A DNA stretch of 64,000 nucleotides from positions 128,970-192,969 of the forward strand of contig JAXMOL010000007.1 in NCBI GenBank assembly GCA_034669905.1. Direction: 5' to 3'. The notes under the pieces are model-generated. The model saw only the letters and a list, made by a program, of their open reading frames with translations, searched no databases and was not told the origin of the DNA. Positions 28,725 through 38,405 of the stretch are shown here, one piece after another. Source of the stretch: Candidatus Hydrogenedentota bacterium. GTDB taxonomy: Bacteria; Hydrogenedentota; Hydrogenedentia; Hydrogenedentales; JAEUWI01. Made by a program: the position numbers and the translations under genes. Positions within the stretch are counted from its first letter, which is position 1; every line of letters begins with the position of its first letter.

Positions 28725-31658
28725 TCAGTCGGCGGGGGGGAGTGCGGCCATCTCCGCGCGCAGCCGCGCCCGTCCTTCGTCGCTCAGGCCTTCGGATTGC
28801 AGCAGTGTGTCATACTTGGCACGGGCCTCTGCGTTGCGCCCGGATTGGGCCAGTGCTTTCGCCAGGGCCCACTGGGTGTCTACGTGCTGGGGGAAACTGA
28901 TTTCACTCGCTTCGAGCAGCGTCACCGCCTCCTTTACCCGCCCCGTTCGAATCATGGTGTCGGCCCAGTGAACCGCGGTGATGGCCTTGCGCTCGTCCGC
29001 GAGGCACACGTGGGCAACCTGAAAAAGTCGGTCGGCCACGCCATATTCCTGGATACCCGCCGAAACGATGCCCAGATTCAGCGCACTTTCACAGGGCGCA
29101 TTACCGGCATCGGCAGCCCCCTGATAGGTTTCATGCAGCATCCGCGCGGCCCAGCCGTAGACTTCCTGGGGTTTCAGCGGGTTATCCACAGGGTGGGTAC
29201 GTACGCCTGCAAGCAAAACCCGGCTGGCCTGATCGAGCTGCTCCACACCACCGGTCAATACGGCGTGTACGGCCGCGACCTGGGGGAGGGGCTCGATGTC
29301 CAAGCCAGCCAGCGTGTCACAGACCGCCAGAATGGTTTCTTTTAACCGGGGTACCTGGTTCTGCTCGTAGGCGAAGCCGGCAAAACGACTCCAGGTCGCC
29401 GGACGCATGGGGCCTGCATTCAAGGAGGCGACGTAGGCATCCCCTGCACTGGTGACGTCCTGATAGCCTTCAAGGTGTACGGTGGCAAGCCAATCGAATG
29501 CGATGGCCAACCCTTCATCGGCACCCGTGTCGTCGCCACTCCGCTGGGCGAGCTGGAGTTCGTCAATCATACGATAGAGGGCGTCCCGCATGGGGCCGAA
29601 GTCGCCGCTTTCCCGGGCGAAGGTCAGGAAGAGTTCCCAGGAGCGGTTGTCCCGTCCCTGATCGGCCTGCACCGCACCGAGGAGCGCCCGCTCAGTGGCC
29701 GCCGGGTCGCCGAGACTGGATTCAATACGGGCAATCATACGGTAGAGATCGCCGGCATTCTCAGCACCATGATCGATGGCCTGTTTCAGGTAGTTCCGCG
29801 CTTCCAACCAATGGGCATTCGCGACCGCCGGATCGGCGTTGGGGGTAAAGCTCCGCTCAATGATAGCGGCAATGGATTCGACCCGCCCAAGCGTTTCTTC
29901 GGCAATAGGGAAGCGGGGCGCGGCTTCCAGGACGTGTTGGGCATGCATCCGCGCTTCGTCCAGATAGCCCTTGGCTTCCGTAGCCCCGGCCGCCCCTTGC
30001 TGCATGGCCTGCTGGGCGAGGAGAAGGCTGGCCCGGGCCATGGGAAGGCGGGTCAGCAGGTAGTAGGGGTTCTGCTCCAGGGAACGGTTGAAATGGGGAC
30101 GGCTTTCGCCGAGTTTGCCCTCATCTACGAGGGTCATGCCAATACGCCGTGAGGCGTGCCAGTTCCAGGGGGCAGCTGCTTCCGCGCGGGCGTAGGCTTC
30201 CCGTGCCGTGGCCAGCTCCCCGTCGGCGTGGGCCCGCATGCCCGTGTAGAAATGATATTCGCCCGCGAAGTCTTTGGTTATCTGTCGGGTGCTTAGTACC
30301 AGCAGCAGGATGAAGGCCACGCGGGCACCATGGCGCTGCCACGCCGGAGCCTGCTTTTCTGCGGCCGCTTCCGATGCCCAGAGCCCGTCCAGTATTCCCA
30401 GTAACAAGAAGAAGACGGCCGCCGTTACGGGAACCCGCAGGTTAAACCCGAAGAGTCCGTCGATAGCAAAGGCGGTAAAGAGGGCCGCCAGGGTGAAGCC
30501 CATGCGGCGTTGCCCGGGGGTGCTGTTTCGTGCGACGTAGAGGAGGCTGTAGCTGATACCCAGCAACAGGGTGGCCAGGTAGAGGCCGGCGGCCGCAAGC
30601 CCGCCGTCGATACCCATCTCGATGAGGTCATTGTGGACGTGGCCATTCATCCGTATTTCCTGGGCGAACCAATCCTGTTCGAAGGGCGTCCAATAGGGGG
30701 CATAGGCCAGTCCGTAGACCGCCGGCCCATGGCCCAGCAGGGGCGCGTCCAGCAGCATGTTGGTGGCACTGACGTAAGATTGATAGCGGAGGAGGAGGGA
30801 GAGGTCCAGGGGAAAGGCGTAGCCGGTTCGGGTGTAGGTCCAATACATGGCGCCTGCCAGGGCGGTTATTCCCAGCACGGCCACGAGGGATACGGTCGTC
30901 ACCACGGCGCCCGTGGGGCGTTTCGGGTGGCGAAGCAGGGCATAGCCCACGGCGACCAGCACCGCGGCGCCGGCCAGGGCAATCCAACCGGCCCGTTGAT
31001 CGGTGCGGTAAAGATGAAACAAGAGGAAGGGGAGGAGCCACGGCGTCCAGCGGTAGCCCATACGGTAGAGCCCAATCACCATGATGACCGCCAGAATGAG
31101 GGCATGGGCGGCGTAGTTGGGGTTACCGAAGGTGGCGGGCAAATTGGTGTAGGTGTCGCTGGTGGTGTCTTCCCAGGGGAAGGGATCGAGCCCGGAGAAT
31201 TGCATCACCGCATAGAGGGCAGCCACGGTCATGGCCACGCAAAAGATCGCAAAAAAACGGGTGACCTGTGCCGTGGTGTGAAAGACCTGACTGGCAAGCC
31301 AATAGAGGGCGAAGAGGGAGAAGAAGCGCCCCGTCTCCAGCAGGCTGATAGCACGGAATTCCGAAAACAAGGCGCTGACCAGGAAGAATCCCAGCAGGCA
31401 GAGGAGCACTTCCCGGAAGACGGGTGGACGACGCAAGGGGATGCGGGTAATCCACGTCAGTACGACATAGCTTCCTGTCAGGATAAGAGCGGCCCAACCG
31501 GTGAGGAGTTCCTTGATGTGAATGGTGGGATCGTTGGTGCCAAAATACATAATGAGCACGAGGGTAAACAGGAAGACGCCCAGCGCGGCGCGGTAGCCGG
31601 TGGCCAGCTTGGAAGACGATTCGGTCACGAAGTTCTCCTGGGGAGTTTGTATCGGCAC
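28725..31658 (-). CDS. O-antigen ligase/Wzy-like polymerase domain protein fused to a long TPR-repeat region
   Basis: N-terminal half has about 12 TM helices with Wzy_C-like loop. C-terminal half (about 450 aa) is TPR/helical repeats. Confidence 0.8.
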   Translation of the reverse strand: MPIQTPQENFVTESSSKLATGYRAALGVFLFTLVLIMYFGTNDPTIHIKELLTGWAALILTGSYVVLTWITRIPLRRPPVFREVLLCLLGFFLVSALFSEFRAISLLETGRFFSLFALYWLASQVFHTTAQVTRFFAIFCVAMTVAALYAVMQFSGLDPFPWEDTTSDTYTNLPATFGNPNYAAHALILAVIMVIGLYRMGYRWTPWLLPFLLFHLYRTDQRAGWIALAGAAVLVAVGYALLRHPKRPTGAVVTTVSLVAVLGITALAGAMYWTYTRTGYAFPLDLSLLLRYQSYVSATNMLLDAPLLGHGPAVYGLAYAPYWTPFEQDWFAQEIRMNGHVHNDLIEMGIDGGLAAAGLYLATLLLGISYSLLYVARNSTPGQRRMGFTLAALFTAFAIDGLFGFNLRVPVTAAVFFLLLGILDGLWASEAAAEKQAPAWQRHGARVAFILLLVLSTRQITKDFAGEYHFYTGMRAHADGELATAREAYARAEAAAPWNWHASRRIGMTLVDEGKLGESRPHFNRSLEQNPYYLLTRLPMARASLLLAQQAMQQGAAGATEAKGYLDEARMHAQHVLEAAPRFPIAEETLGRVESIAAIIERSFTPNADPAVANAHWLEARNYLKQAIDHGAENAGDLYRMIARIESSLGDPAATERALLGAVQADQGRDNRSWELFLTFARESGDFGPMRDALYRMIDELQLAQRSGDDTGADEGLAIAFDWLATVHLEGYQDVTSAGDAYVASLNAGPMRPATWSRFAGFAYEQNQVPRLKETILAVCDTLAGLDIEPLPQVAAVHAVLTGGVEQLDQASRVLLAGVRTHPVDNPLKPQEVYGWAARMLHETYQGAADAGNAPCESALNLGIVSAGIQEYGVADRLFQVAHVCLADERKAITAVHWADTMIRTGRVKEAVTLLEASEISFPQHVDTQWALAKALAQSGRNAEARAKYDTLLQSEGLSDEGRARLRAEMAALPPAD

Positions 31659-31857
31659 GCCCCTGGATTGCTATGGGGGCGGAAGGTATGGGTTTCAATA
31701 CGGTGAGGGGAATGCTAGCACTGCCCTTGCGGACTTCGCAATGATCCCAGGTGCAGCCGGGGCGCCCCGGGGCCTTCTCTTCCCCGGCACGGGGCCAATC
31801 TGATACCATGTCGCGACATACCCCATTGATCCATCACGTGCCAGGAAAGCCTCTGAA

Positions 31858-32631
31858 ATGACCACGGATAGTATCCAGATTGTCGAAGAAACGGTCCCGA
31901 CCATTCCGCAGGGAGCCCACCAGTATTTTCTGGGCCTGAGCGGTGCTGGATTCATCGTGTTGATGGCGGCCCTTGTCGGCTATGGGGTCTACGGTGAGCG
32001 CATTACCTCGGGTCTCGACGAGGCCTGCGCGGAAGCCTTTCTTGATGCAGGTCAGAAGCTGGAGGCTGTGGGCAATCACACCCAGGCCATTCAGAAATAC
32101 CGTCAGGCTCTGGCCGGCAATATTCATGATGACGCCCTCCGCCATCGCTGTGGACGCTCTATCGGTGACCTGTTACTTCGTGAAAAGCGCTATGGCGAGG
32201 CCGTCGCGGCCTATCAGGTGCTGCCCCCGGAAGCCTTTCAAGAGGCTGGTTCCTATACGGGCTATGTGACAGCCCTGTGGAGCCTCGGCAATACGGCAGA
32301 GGCCATACAGCTCGGAACCCTGTGGTTGAACAGGGCTATCGAGGAAGCAAACACGGAGCAGGAGCTCTGGGCACGGGACATCCTCATGCGCGCCGCCGAT
32401 CAATCGGGCGACCCCGCTACGGCCCTGGAGCATGGGCGACGTATCATCGCCTTGGACCCGGGTAGCGATGCCGGGCTCTACACGGCGCAGGTGATGCAGC
32501 GGCAAGGCGACCTGCCCGGTGCCCGCGCCCAGTTGGAAGCCTTCCTGGCAGTGTGCGAAAAACCCGCCCTTCAAAAGGCGGCCCGCGAGGTTCTCGCCAC
32601 CGTCAACGCGGCGTCCGAACCGTCGAGTTAG
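31858..32631 (+). CDS. membrane-anchored TPR repeat protein
   Basis: One TM followed by TPR repeats. Confidence 0.65.
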   Translation: MTTDSIQIVEETVPTIPQGAHQYFLGLSGAGFIVLMAALVGYGVYGERITSGLDEACAEAFLDAGQKLEAVGNHTQAIQKYRQALAGNIHDDALRHRCGRSIGDLLLREKRYGEAVAAYQVLPPEAFQEAGSYTGYVTALWSLGNTAEAIQLGTLWLNRAIEEANTEQELWARDILMRAADQSGDPATALEHGRRIIALDPGSDAGLYTAQVMQRQGDLPGARAQLEAFLAVCEKPALQKAAREVLATVNAASEPSS

Positions 32632-32634
32632 TAC

Positions 32635-33825
32635 GTGTCTGAGCCCCGGAGAAGCGTCCCTGTGAAGCCCCAACGGCCCATCCGCATTGCCTTTTGCCAC
32701 TATACTGCCGACGTTTGTGGGGGCTCGGACCGCTCCCTCTTTGACCTGGTTACCCACCTGGATCGCAGTGCCTTTACGCCCTATGTAATTCTTAAGACCG
32801 GCGATCCCCTGGCCGACGCGTATCGGGAGGCGGGCTGCACCGTCGCCGAAATTCCCTTCGTACCCCCCCGGCGCGCACTCGAGTGGGGGAAGTTGCTGGC
32901 ATTCTTCGGACTGTTCTGGCCCCATGTCTTGCGCGTGGTCTGGACCCTCCTTCGCTGGCGGATTGATGTGGTGCACGTAAACACCATCAATAACCTTCAG
33001 GGGGCTGTGGCGGCGCGGCTCGCATTCCGTCCCCTGGTGTGGCACGTGCGCGAACTGGTGCCCCAATCCCGTGCTGACGCCATGCTGCGAAAGGCGGTTG
33101 CCTTACTTGCCACCCGTGTCGTGGCCAATTCCCCGGCGGTGGCGGCTACCTTGACGGCCAGTGGGGAGCGGGTGCAGACCATTCTCAATGGCATCGATCT
33201 CACGGAGTACCCGGAAACGCTTCCCGACACACGATCGCGCTTTACGGAGCAGCCCCTTATCGTGTGTGTAGGGCGACAGGAGCCCTGGAAAGGCCAACAT
33301 GTCCTCGTGGAGGCCCTGCCGGCCATCCTTGCCGCCCACCCCGAGGCCCGGTGTTGGTTTGTCGGGGGCGGCGCTGTGAACAAACCCGAGTATGCCCCGG
33401 GCCTGGCGACACGCTGTGAAGCCCTGGGGATTTCCGCGCAGGTAACCTTTACCGGGATTCGTCATGATATCCCCGCGATTTTGGGTCAGGCCGCCGTGCT
33501 GGTTCTGCCTTCGGTTACGCCCGAGCCCTTTGGTCGCACCCTGGTAGAAGGGATGGCGGCGGGTTGTGCCGTGGTGGCGACGGCTGCAGGGGGGCCACTC
33601 GATATTGTGGAGAATAACGTGTCGGGCGTGCTGGTATCGCCCGATGAGTCCGAGGCCCTCGCTCGCGCCATTAATGCGTTGTTGGATGACCCCCAGGGCG
33701 CACAGGCGATGGGCGTTGCGGGACAGATTCGGGCCCGGCGCCACTTTTCGCTGGACCGTCTCGTGGCCGAAATGGCAGAACTTTTCAGCAATGTGTATAC
33801 TAGGTCCTTTCCAAAGTCCCCGTGA
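32635..33825 (+). CDS. GT4-family glycosyltransferase
   Basis: EPFGRTLVEGMAAGCAVVAT EX7E-type motif. GT-B fold. Confidence 0.85.
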   Translation: MSEPRRSVPVKPQRPIRIAFCHYTADVCGGSDRSLFDLVTHLDRSAFTPYVILKTGDPLADAYREAGCTVAEIPFVPPRRALEWGKLLAFFGLFWPHVLRVVWTLLRWRIDVVHVNTINNLQGAVAARLAFRPLVWHVRELVPQSRADAMLRKAVALLATRVVANSPAVAATLTASGERVQTILNGIDLTEYPETLPDTRSRFTEQPLIVCVGRQEPWKGQHVLVEALPAILAAHPEARCWFVGGGAVNKPEYAPGLATRCEALGISAQVTFTGIRHDIPAILGQAAVLVLPSVTPEPFGRTLVEGMAAGCAVVATAAGGPLDIVENNVSGVLVSPDESEALARAINALLDDPQGAQAMGVAGQIRARRHFSLDRLVAEMAELFSNVYTRSFPKSP

Positions 33826-33891
33826 ATCAGCGGGGTTTAAAATTGTCGATGGAATGGTGCAACGCACCAATCCCATATGAAGGAGTGAAAC

Positions 33892-34818
33892 ATGGCAAAG
33901 ATTCTCGTAACGGGCGGTGCTGGATTCATCGGGTCGCACATAGTCGACACCTATATAGCGGCCGGCCACGATGTGGCTATTATCGATGACCTGAGCACGG
34001 GCACCCGGGAAAACCTGAATCCGGCGGCCTCGTTTCACGAACTGGATATTCGCTCGGAAAAAGTGGCAGAAGTGTTCGCCGCAGAGAAACCCGAGATCGT
34101 CAATCACCTGGCCGCCCATATCGATGTGCGCCGCAGTGTGGAAGAGCCCCTTTTTGATGCGGACATCAATATCCGTGGTGGCCTGAATATCCTCGAAAAT
34201 TGTGTGAAGCACGGCGTCAAGAAAGTGCTGTTTTCCTCCACAGGCGGTGCAATCTACGGCGTGCAGAAAAACCTGCCCGCCTCCGAGTCGGCGAATCCCG
34301 AGCCGGAATGCCACTATGCAACCAGCAAATTGAGCTTTGAGCACTACCTGGGGCTTTATAACCGCCTCTATAAACTGGACTACACGGTCCTGCGTTTCCC
34401 CAACGTCTATGGACCCCGCCAGCGTCCTGATGGCGAAGCGGGCGTGTGCTCCATCCTGGCGGGACTCATGCTCGACGGAAAGACCCCTACCTTGTTTGGC
34501 CACGGTACGCCCCTCCGCGACTACATCTACGTGGGTGATATTGCCCGGGGCAACCTCCTCGCGCTGGAAAAGGGCTCGGGCCAGATTATTAACCTGGGTT
34601 CGGGAAAAGGCACCTCGGTACTGGAGCTTTTCAATGTCTTGAAGGACGCCCTTGGTTTCGATCAGGACCCGATTCTGGCCGACTTGCGTCCCGGAGAAGT
34701 TCAGGAAAGCTATATTACCGGCGATTTGGCCAAGGAAGTGCTTGGCTGGACCCCCGAGATGCCCCTGGAAACGGGACTGCGCGAGACGGCCGAGTACATT
34801 CGCAAGCAGCGCGGGTAA
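33892..34818 (+). CDS. NAD-dependent nucleotide-sugar epimerase/dehydratase (GalE-like)
   Basis: VTGGAGFIGSH Rossmann motif. YxxxK motif present. 308 aa. Confidence 0.85.
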   Translation: MAKILVTGGAGFIGSHIVDTYIAAGHDVAIIDDLSTGTRENLNPAASFHELDIRSEKVAEVFAAEKPEIVNHLAAHIDVRRSVEEPLFDADINIRGGLNILENCVKHGVKKVLFSSTGGAIYGVQKNLPASESANPEPECHYATSKLSFEHYLGLYNRLYKLDYTVLRFPNVYGPRQRPDGEAGVCSILAGLMLDGKTPTLFGHGTPLRDYIYVGDIARGNLLALEKGSGQIINLGSGKGTSVLELFNVLKDALGFDQDPILADLRPGEVQESYITGDLAKEVLGWTPEMPLETGLRETAEYIRKQRG

Positions 34819-34968
34819 TCCGGACACCAGGAATTGCCGCAACCTGTTGACTGCCAGTATATTGCGCGATTGATCCGCCCTCTGGTAAACTATTGTCACG
34901 CGGTGTCGGTGCGGTATGCCGACCCGTAATGCCCCAAACTCCGTCTGAAGAGACGCGGGTGGGGGCGT

Positions 34969-36357
34969 GTGTCCGGTCAACAGGAGGAAGCGTGCGTGGT
35001 AGGCCTTCGGGAACAGCAAGGGGTCCGTGCCCTTTCACTGGCGACCGATCTGTTGCTTTACTATGCGGCCCTCAGTGTGGCGACTTTGTCACGCTGGGAT
35101 ATCTTGACCCAGGTGGATTTCGTGCTCCTGCAGCGCGACCGGCTCATCTGTGTGGTCATTTTCCTGCTCGCATCCATCATGTTGGGCCGACTCAATCTGG
35201 CCCGACTGACCGACCGCTTTGACCTGATTTACCACACCCTGGTGGCCCTGGCCGTCACGGGCGTGGTAACCCTCGTGCTGGTGACCCTGCTGCCGGCCGA
35301 GCTTCGCATGATTTCCCGCCGTGAGTTGGTACTGAGTGTGCCGATTGCCGCCTGCTTTCTCGGGGTCTGGCAATACGCGTCGGCGGGCATGATTTCCCGC
35401 TTCACCAGTCTGCACCGCCTGTTTTATGTGGTGGGTGATGGCGATGAGGCCCGACGTATCGCGGCAGAAATTGCCAACGATCCTTCGGCCTTTTCCGATG
35501 CCGTCTGTGTGAGTTTTGAAGGGTTGCGGGTCGAGTGCGCCCGTCTGGATACCACCCTGGGCCCCGATCATGCCAGCGTCAAGAGCGTTATCATCTGCAC
35601 GGGAGATGCCCAGGAAAGCGTGCTCCACGAGCTGCTCGAGTTCTGTGAACAGCGTTTCCGGGATACCTTCGTTCACCCGACCCTGACCAACGCCTTGCTC
35701 TTGCACCACGGCAATCTGATGCCCGTCGCAGGGATTCCCCTCGTGCGTGTGGCGGGCGAGCAGTCCTCCAGCCCCTATCTCTACGCCAAGCGGACGACCG
35801 ACGTGCTCGTGTCGTTGATTGGGCTGACCCTGGCGTCGCCCATTTGTCTGGTGACGGCCATCGCCGTGAAATTGACCTCTCCCGGGCCCGTGTTTTACGC
35901 CCAGCAGCGGCTGACCAAGGGCGGGCGTCCCTTCACCATCTACAAGTTTCGCTCGATGCGGGCCGATATGGAGTTGAAGGATGCCTCCGGTCACGTGTTG
36001 GCCCAGCCCGATGACCCCCGCATTACGCCCGTGGGCCGCTTCATTCGCAAGCACCGTATCGACGAAATTCCCCAGCTCTATAACGTGCTTGTAGGCGATA
36101 TGAGTTTGGTGGGGCCCCGGCCGGTCTGGAAGGAATTCTACGACCAGCAGCGGGAAGAATTGCCCCTGTTCGACCGTCGATTGGTGGTACGCCCCGGCTT
36201 GGCCAGTCTTTCCCATGTGCTGGGTTCCTACTCCTCTACACCGGAAGATCGCCTGCGCTATGATCTGGTCTATATCAACACCCTCTCTTTCGATGTGGAT
36301 TTGCGGGTGCTGCTGTCGACCGTGCGCGTGGTCCTGAGCGGGCGGGGAGCCCAATAA
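34969..36357 (+). CDS. Polyprenyl glycosylphosphotransferase (third paralog)
   Basis: IYKFRSM, DEIPQL and [10 protein letters not shown] motifs. Confidence 0.85.
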   Translation: MSGQQEEACVVGLREQQGVRALSLATDLLLYYAALSVATLSRWDILTQVDFVLLQRDRLICVVIFLLASIMLGRLNLARLTDRFDLIYHTLVALAVTGVVTLVLVTLLPAELRMISRRELVLSVPIAACFLGVWQYASAGMISRFTSLHRLFYVVGDGDEARRIAAEIANDPSAFSDAVCVSFEGLRVECARLDTTLGPDHASVKSVIICTGDAQESVLHELLEFCEQRFRDTFVHPTLTNALLLHHGNLMPVAGIPLVRVAGEQSSSPYLYAKRTTDVLVSLIGLTLASPICLVTAIAVKLTSPGPVFYAQQRLTKGGRPFTIYKFRSMRADMELKDASGHVLAQPDDPRITPVGRFIRKHRIDEIPQLYNVLVGDMSLVGPRPVWKEFYDQQREELPLFDRRLVVRPGLASLSHVLGSYSSTPEDRLRYDLVYINTLSFDVDLRVLLSTVRVVLSGRGAQ

Positions 36358-36358
36358 G

Positions 36359-37030
36359 ATGAGTCGGGCTTCCTTTCGAAAACCCGGTCGCGTGCTGACT
36401 ATCTGGGGCATCTGCTGTGTAGCTTTCGCCAGTCTTCTGGGTGTCTACGATGTGGTCCTGGCGCGCTATGCCGATGAACTCCGCGAAAACGATTACCGCA
36501 CCTATCTCGGTTTGGCGGCCGTGCACCTGGAAGACAAGGATTATCTGGCCGCGTTGAAACAGGTCGATCAGGCCCTCGTCCTGGCGCCGGAAAACCCCGA
36601 GCCCTATGCCTACGCCGGCGGCATTCATTACCGCCTGAAACATTGGGAGCGCGCTATCGAGCATCTTCAGGCGGCCATTGCCCACGGGGATAGCTCCCGT
36701 GGTCCCCGTATGGATATCGTCTGGTCTCTCATTGAGTTGGGGCGCTTCGAAGAGGCCGCCGCGTTGGGCGAGACCTACGCCGAAGAAGTGGACGACAACA
36801 CAGCCTTGCTTCAGTATGTCGCCGAGGCCTACCTCCGCGCAGAGCAACCGGCGAAGGCCATTCCCGTCCTGGAGCGGGCGCTGGAGGCCTCTCCGGACAA
36901 TCTCTATCAGCTCAGCCGCCTCGCGACAGCCTACGGCGATGTGGGGAATGCGGCGGGCAAGGCCGAGATGCAAGCGCGCATCGACGCCATCCACGATGCC
37001 ATTGGCCAGATGGGCACACGGGTCCAATGA
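36359..37030 (+). CDS. membrane-anchored TPR repeat protein
   Basis: N-terminal TM followed by TPR repeats. Confidence 0.65.
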   Translation: MSRASFRKPGRVLTIWGICCVAFASLLGVYDVVLARYADELRENDYRTYLGLAAVHLEDKDYLAALKQVDQALVLAPENPEPYAYAGGIHYRLKHWERAIEHLQAAIAHGDSSRGPRMDIVWSLIELGRFEEAAALGETYAEEVDDNTALLQYVAEAYLRAEQPAKAIPVLERALEASPDNLYQLSRLATAYGDVGNAAGKAEMQARIDAIHDAIGQMGTRVQ

Positions 37031-37992
37031 GCATGTCGACCGAGGGTGCCACCAGGGCGCCCGGTGTTTCCCTGCTTTGCGTCGTGAAAAACGGGGCACC
37101 CTACCTAGAGCGGGGCCTTCCCCTTCTCCGTGCCCAGGTCTATGACGGCCCCGTGGAAATCATTTGTGTCGATTCCGGGTCCACCGATGAGACCCTCGCG
37201 CTTATGAAAGAACACGGCGCCCACATCCACGAAATAGCACCCGAAGCATTTCACCACGGTCGGACCCGCAACCTGGCCGCTTCGCTGGCCTCCCACGAAA
37301 TCCTGGTGTGTCTCTCGCAGGACGCTATCCCCACCGACACCGACTGGCTGCGCCATCTCGTCGCCCCTTTCGAAGATCCCCGCGTCGGTGCGGTCTATGG
37401 AAAGCAGACCGCGCCACCCGACATGGGATTACGTCGTCGCCAGGGATTGGCCAGTGAATATCCCGACGTGCGCCAGGTGCGTGACCCCGAGGCCATCACC
37501 GCCTACACGCCCGGCCATTTTCGATTCTCCAATGCCAACGCGGCCGTGCGCAAATCCTGCTGGGAGCGTTTCCCCTGGGATGAATCCGTCTTGCTGGCGG
37601 AAGACCAGGGCTTCTGTCGCGACGTGCTCTACGATGGCAGGGTCGTCATTTATGAACCGAAGGCCGAAGTGATTCATGGACATGACCGCAGCCTGCTCGG
37701 GGAATTTAAATACGCCTTCGACAACGGGGTGTCCCTGTCTCGTCTGGGGATCTTGAATAATCCCGACGTGGGGGGAGAACTGGGTTATGGCCTGCGGCGG
37801 ATGAAGACAGACCTGGGCTACTTTGCGCGCAAGGGCCGAATCGACTGTGTGGCGATCTCTTTGCTTTCCTTCGCCCTGCGCTACGTGGCCGTGCAGTTGG
37901 GGAAGCGAGAAGGGCAATTGCCTGCGTGGTTCTTACGCCGCTTTTCCGAGATGCACCAGAAGATGGGGACTGCACCGACGTCACGTAGGTGA
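37027..37992 (+). CDS. GT2-family glycosyltransferase
   Basis: SLLCVVKNGAPYL...DSGSTDET...QDA GT-A signature. Confidence 0.82.
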   Translation: MSMSTEGATRAPGVSLLCVVKNGAPYLERGLPLLRAQVYDGPVEIICVDSGSTDETLALMKEHGAHIHEIAPEAFHHGRTRNLAASLASHEILVCLSQDAIPTDTDWLRHLVAPFEDPRVGAVYGKQTAPPDMGLRRRQGLASEYPDVRQVRDPEAITAYTPGHFRFSNANAAVRKSCWERFPWDESVLLAEDQGFCRDVLYDGRVVIYEPKAEVIHGHDRSLLGEFKYAFDNGVSLSRLGILNNPDVGGELGYGLRRMKTDLGYFARKGRIDCVAISLLSFALRYVAVQLGKREGQLPAWFLRRFSEMHQKMGTAPTSRR

Positions 37993-38054
37993 CACAACGA
38001 CGCAATCGTTTGGGCGGAACAGGTGACGGTGGTCGGGGACAGAATATCAGCCAG

Positions 38055-38208
38055 TCGGGGCTGTCCCCCTCTTACACAGCCACGCGACATGCACCCCGTA
38101 CCCATTCAGCATTTCCTAGACCTTGAAGCCTTGCCCGGATACGCCCCTTCAGCTTGTCGACCAGCCGGGGTTAGTGCGCGTGTCGTTTGAGAGGGGGACA
38201 GCCCCGAC
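38055..38208. repeat. MITE/REP-like unit bounded by perfect 18-bp inverted repeats (GTCGGGGCTGTCCCCCTC / GAGGGGGACAGCCCCGAC)
   Basis: The two arms are exact reverse complements, 118 bp apart. Confidence 0.55.
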
Positions 38209-38401
38209 GTCCGGGTGAATGGGTGTTTTCCGAGTAGCCCGTTTTCGCCCATGGGCGTATATGGCTTCGGCCAGATCGTAGCGTCGGTGCAGTCCCCGGG
38301 GACAGCCCCGACGTCCGGGTGAATGGGTGTTTTCCGAGTAGCCCGTTTTCGCCCATGGGCGTATATGGCTTCGGCCAGATCGTAGCGTCGGTGCAGTCCC
38401 C
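38191..38401 (+). repeat. tandem duplication (2 x ~104 bp) of a palindromic intergenic repeat unit
   Basis: Units 38194-38297 and 38298-38401 are near-identical. Each starts GGGGACAGCCCCGAC and ends CGTCGGTGCAGTCCCC. Confidence 0.8.
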
Positions 38402-38405
38402 GCGC

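Noticed and set aside
31659-31857. sigma-54-like GGCACG...TTGC element in the Wzy/TPR divergent region
   Set aside because: The GG to GC spacing is 15 nt instead of 11, so it does not fit the -24/-12 geometry.
33103-36411. Two long minus-strand ORFs (638 aa and 440 aa) over the epimerase / PGPT3 region
   Set aside because: Antisense to motif-supported genes (GxxGxxG epimerase, KFRSM/GPRP transferase).
38194-38401. Possible CRISPR array
   Set aside because: There are only two direct repeats of about 104 bp with no spacers. Units are near-identical throughout, so this is a tandem duplication of a palindromic repeat rather than a repeat-spacer structure.
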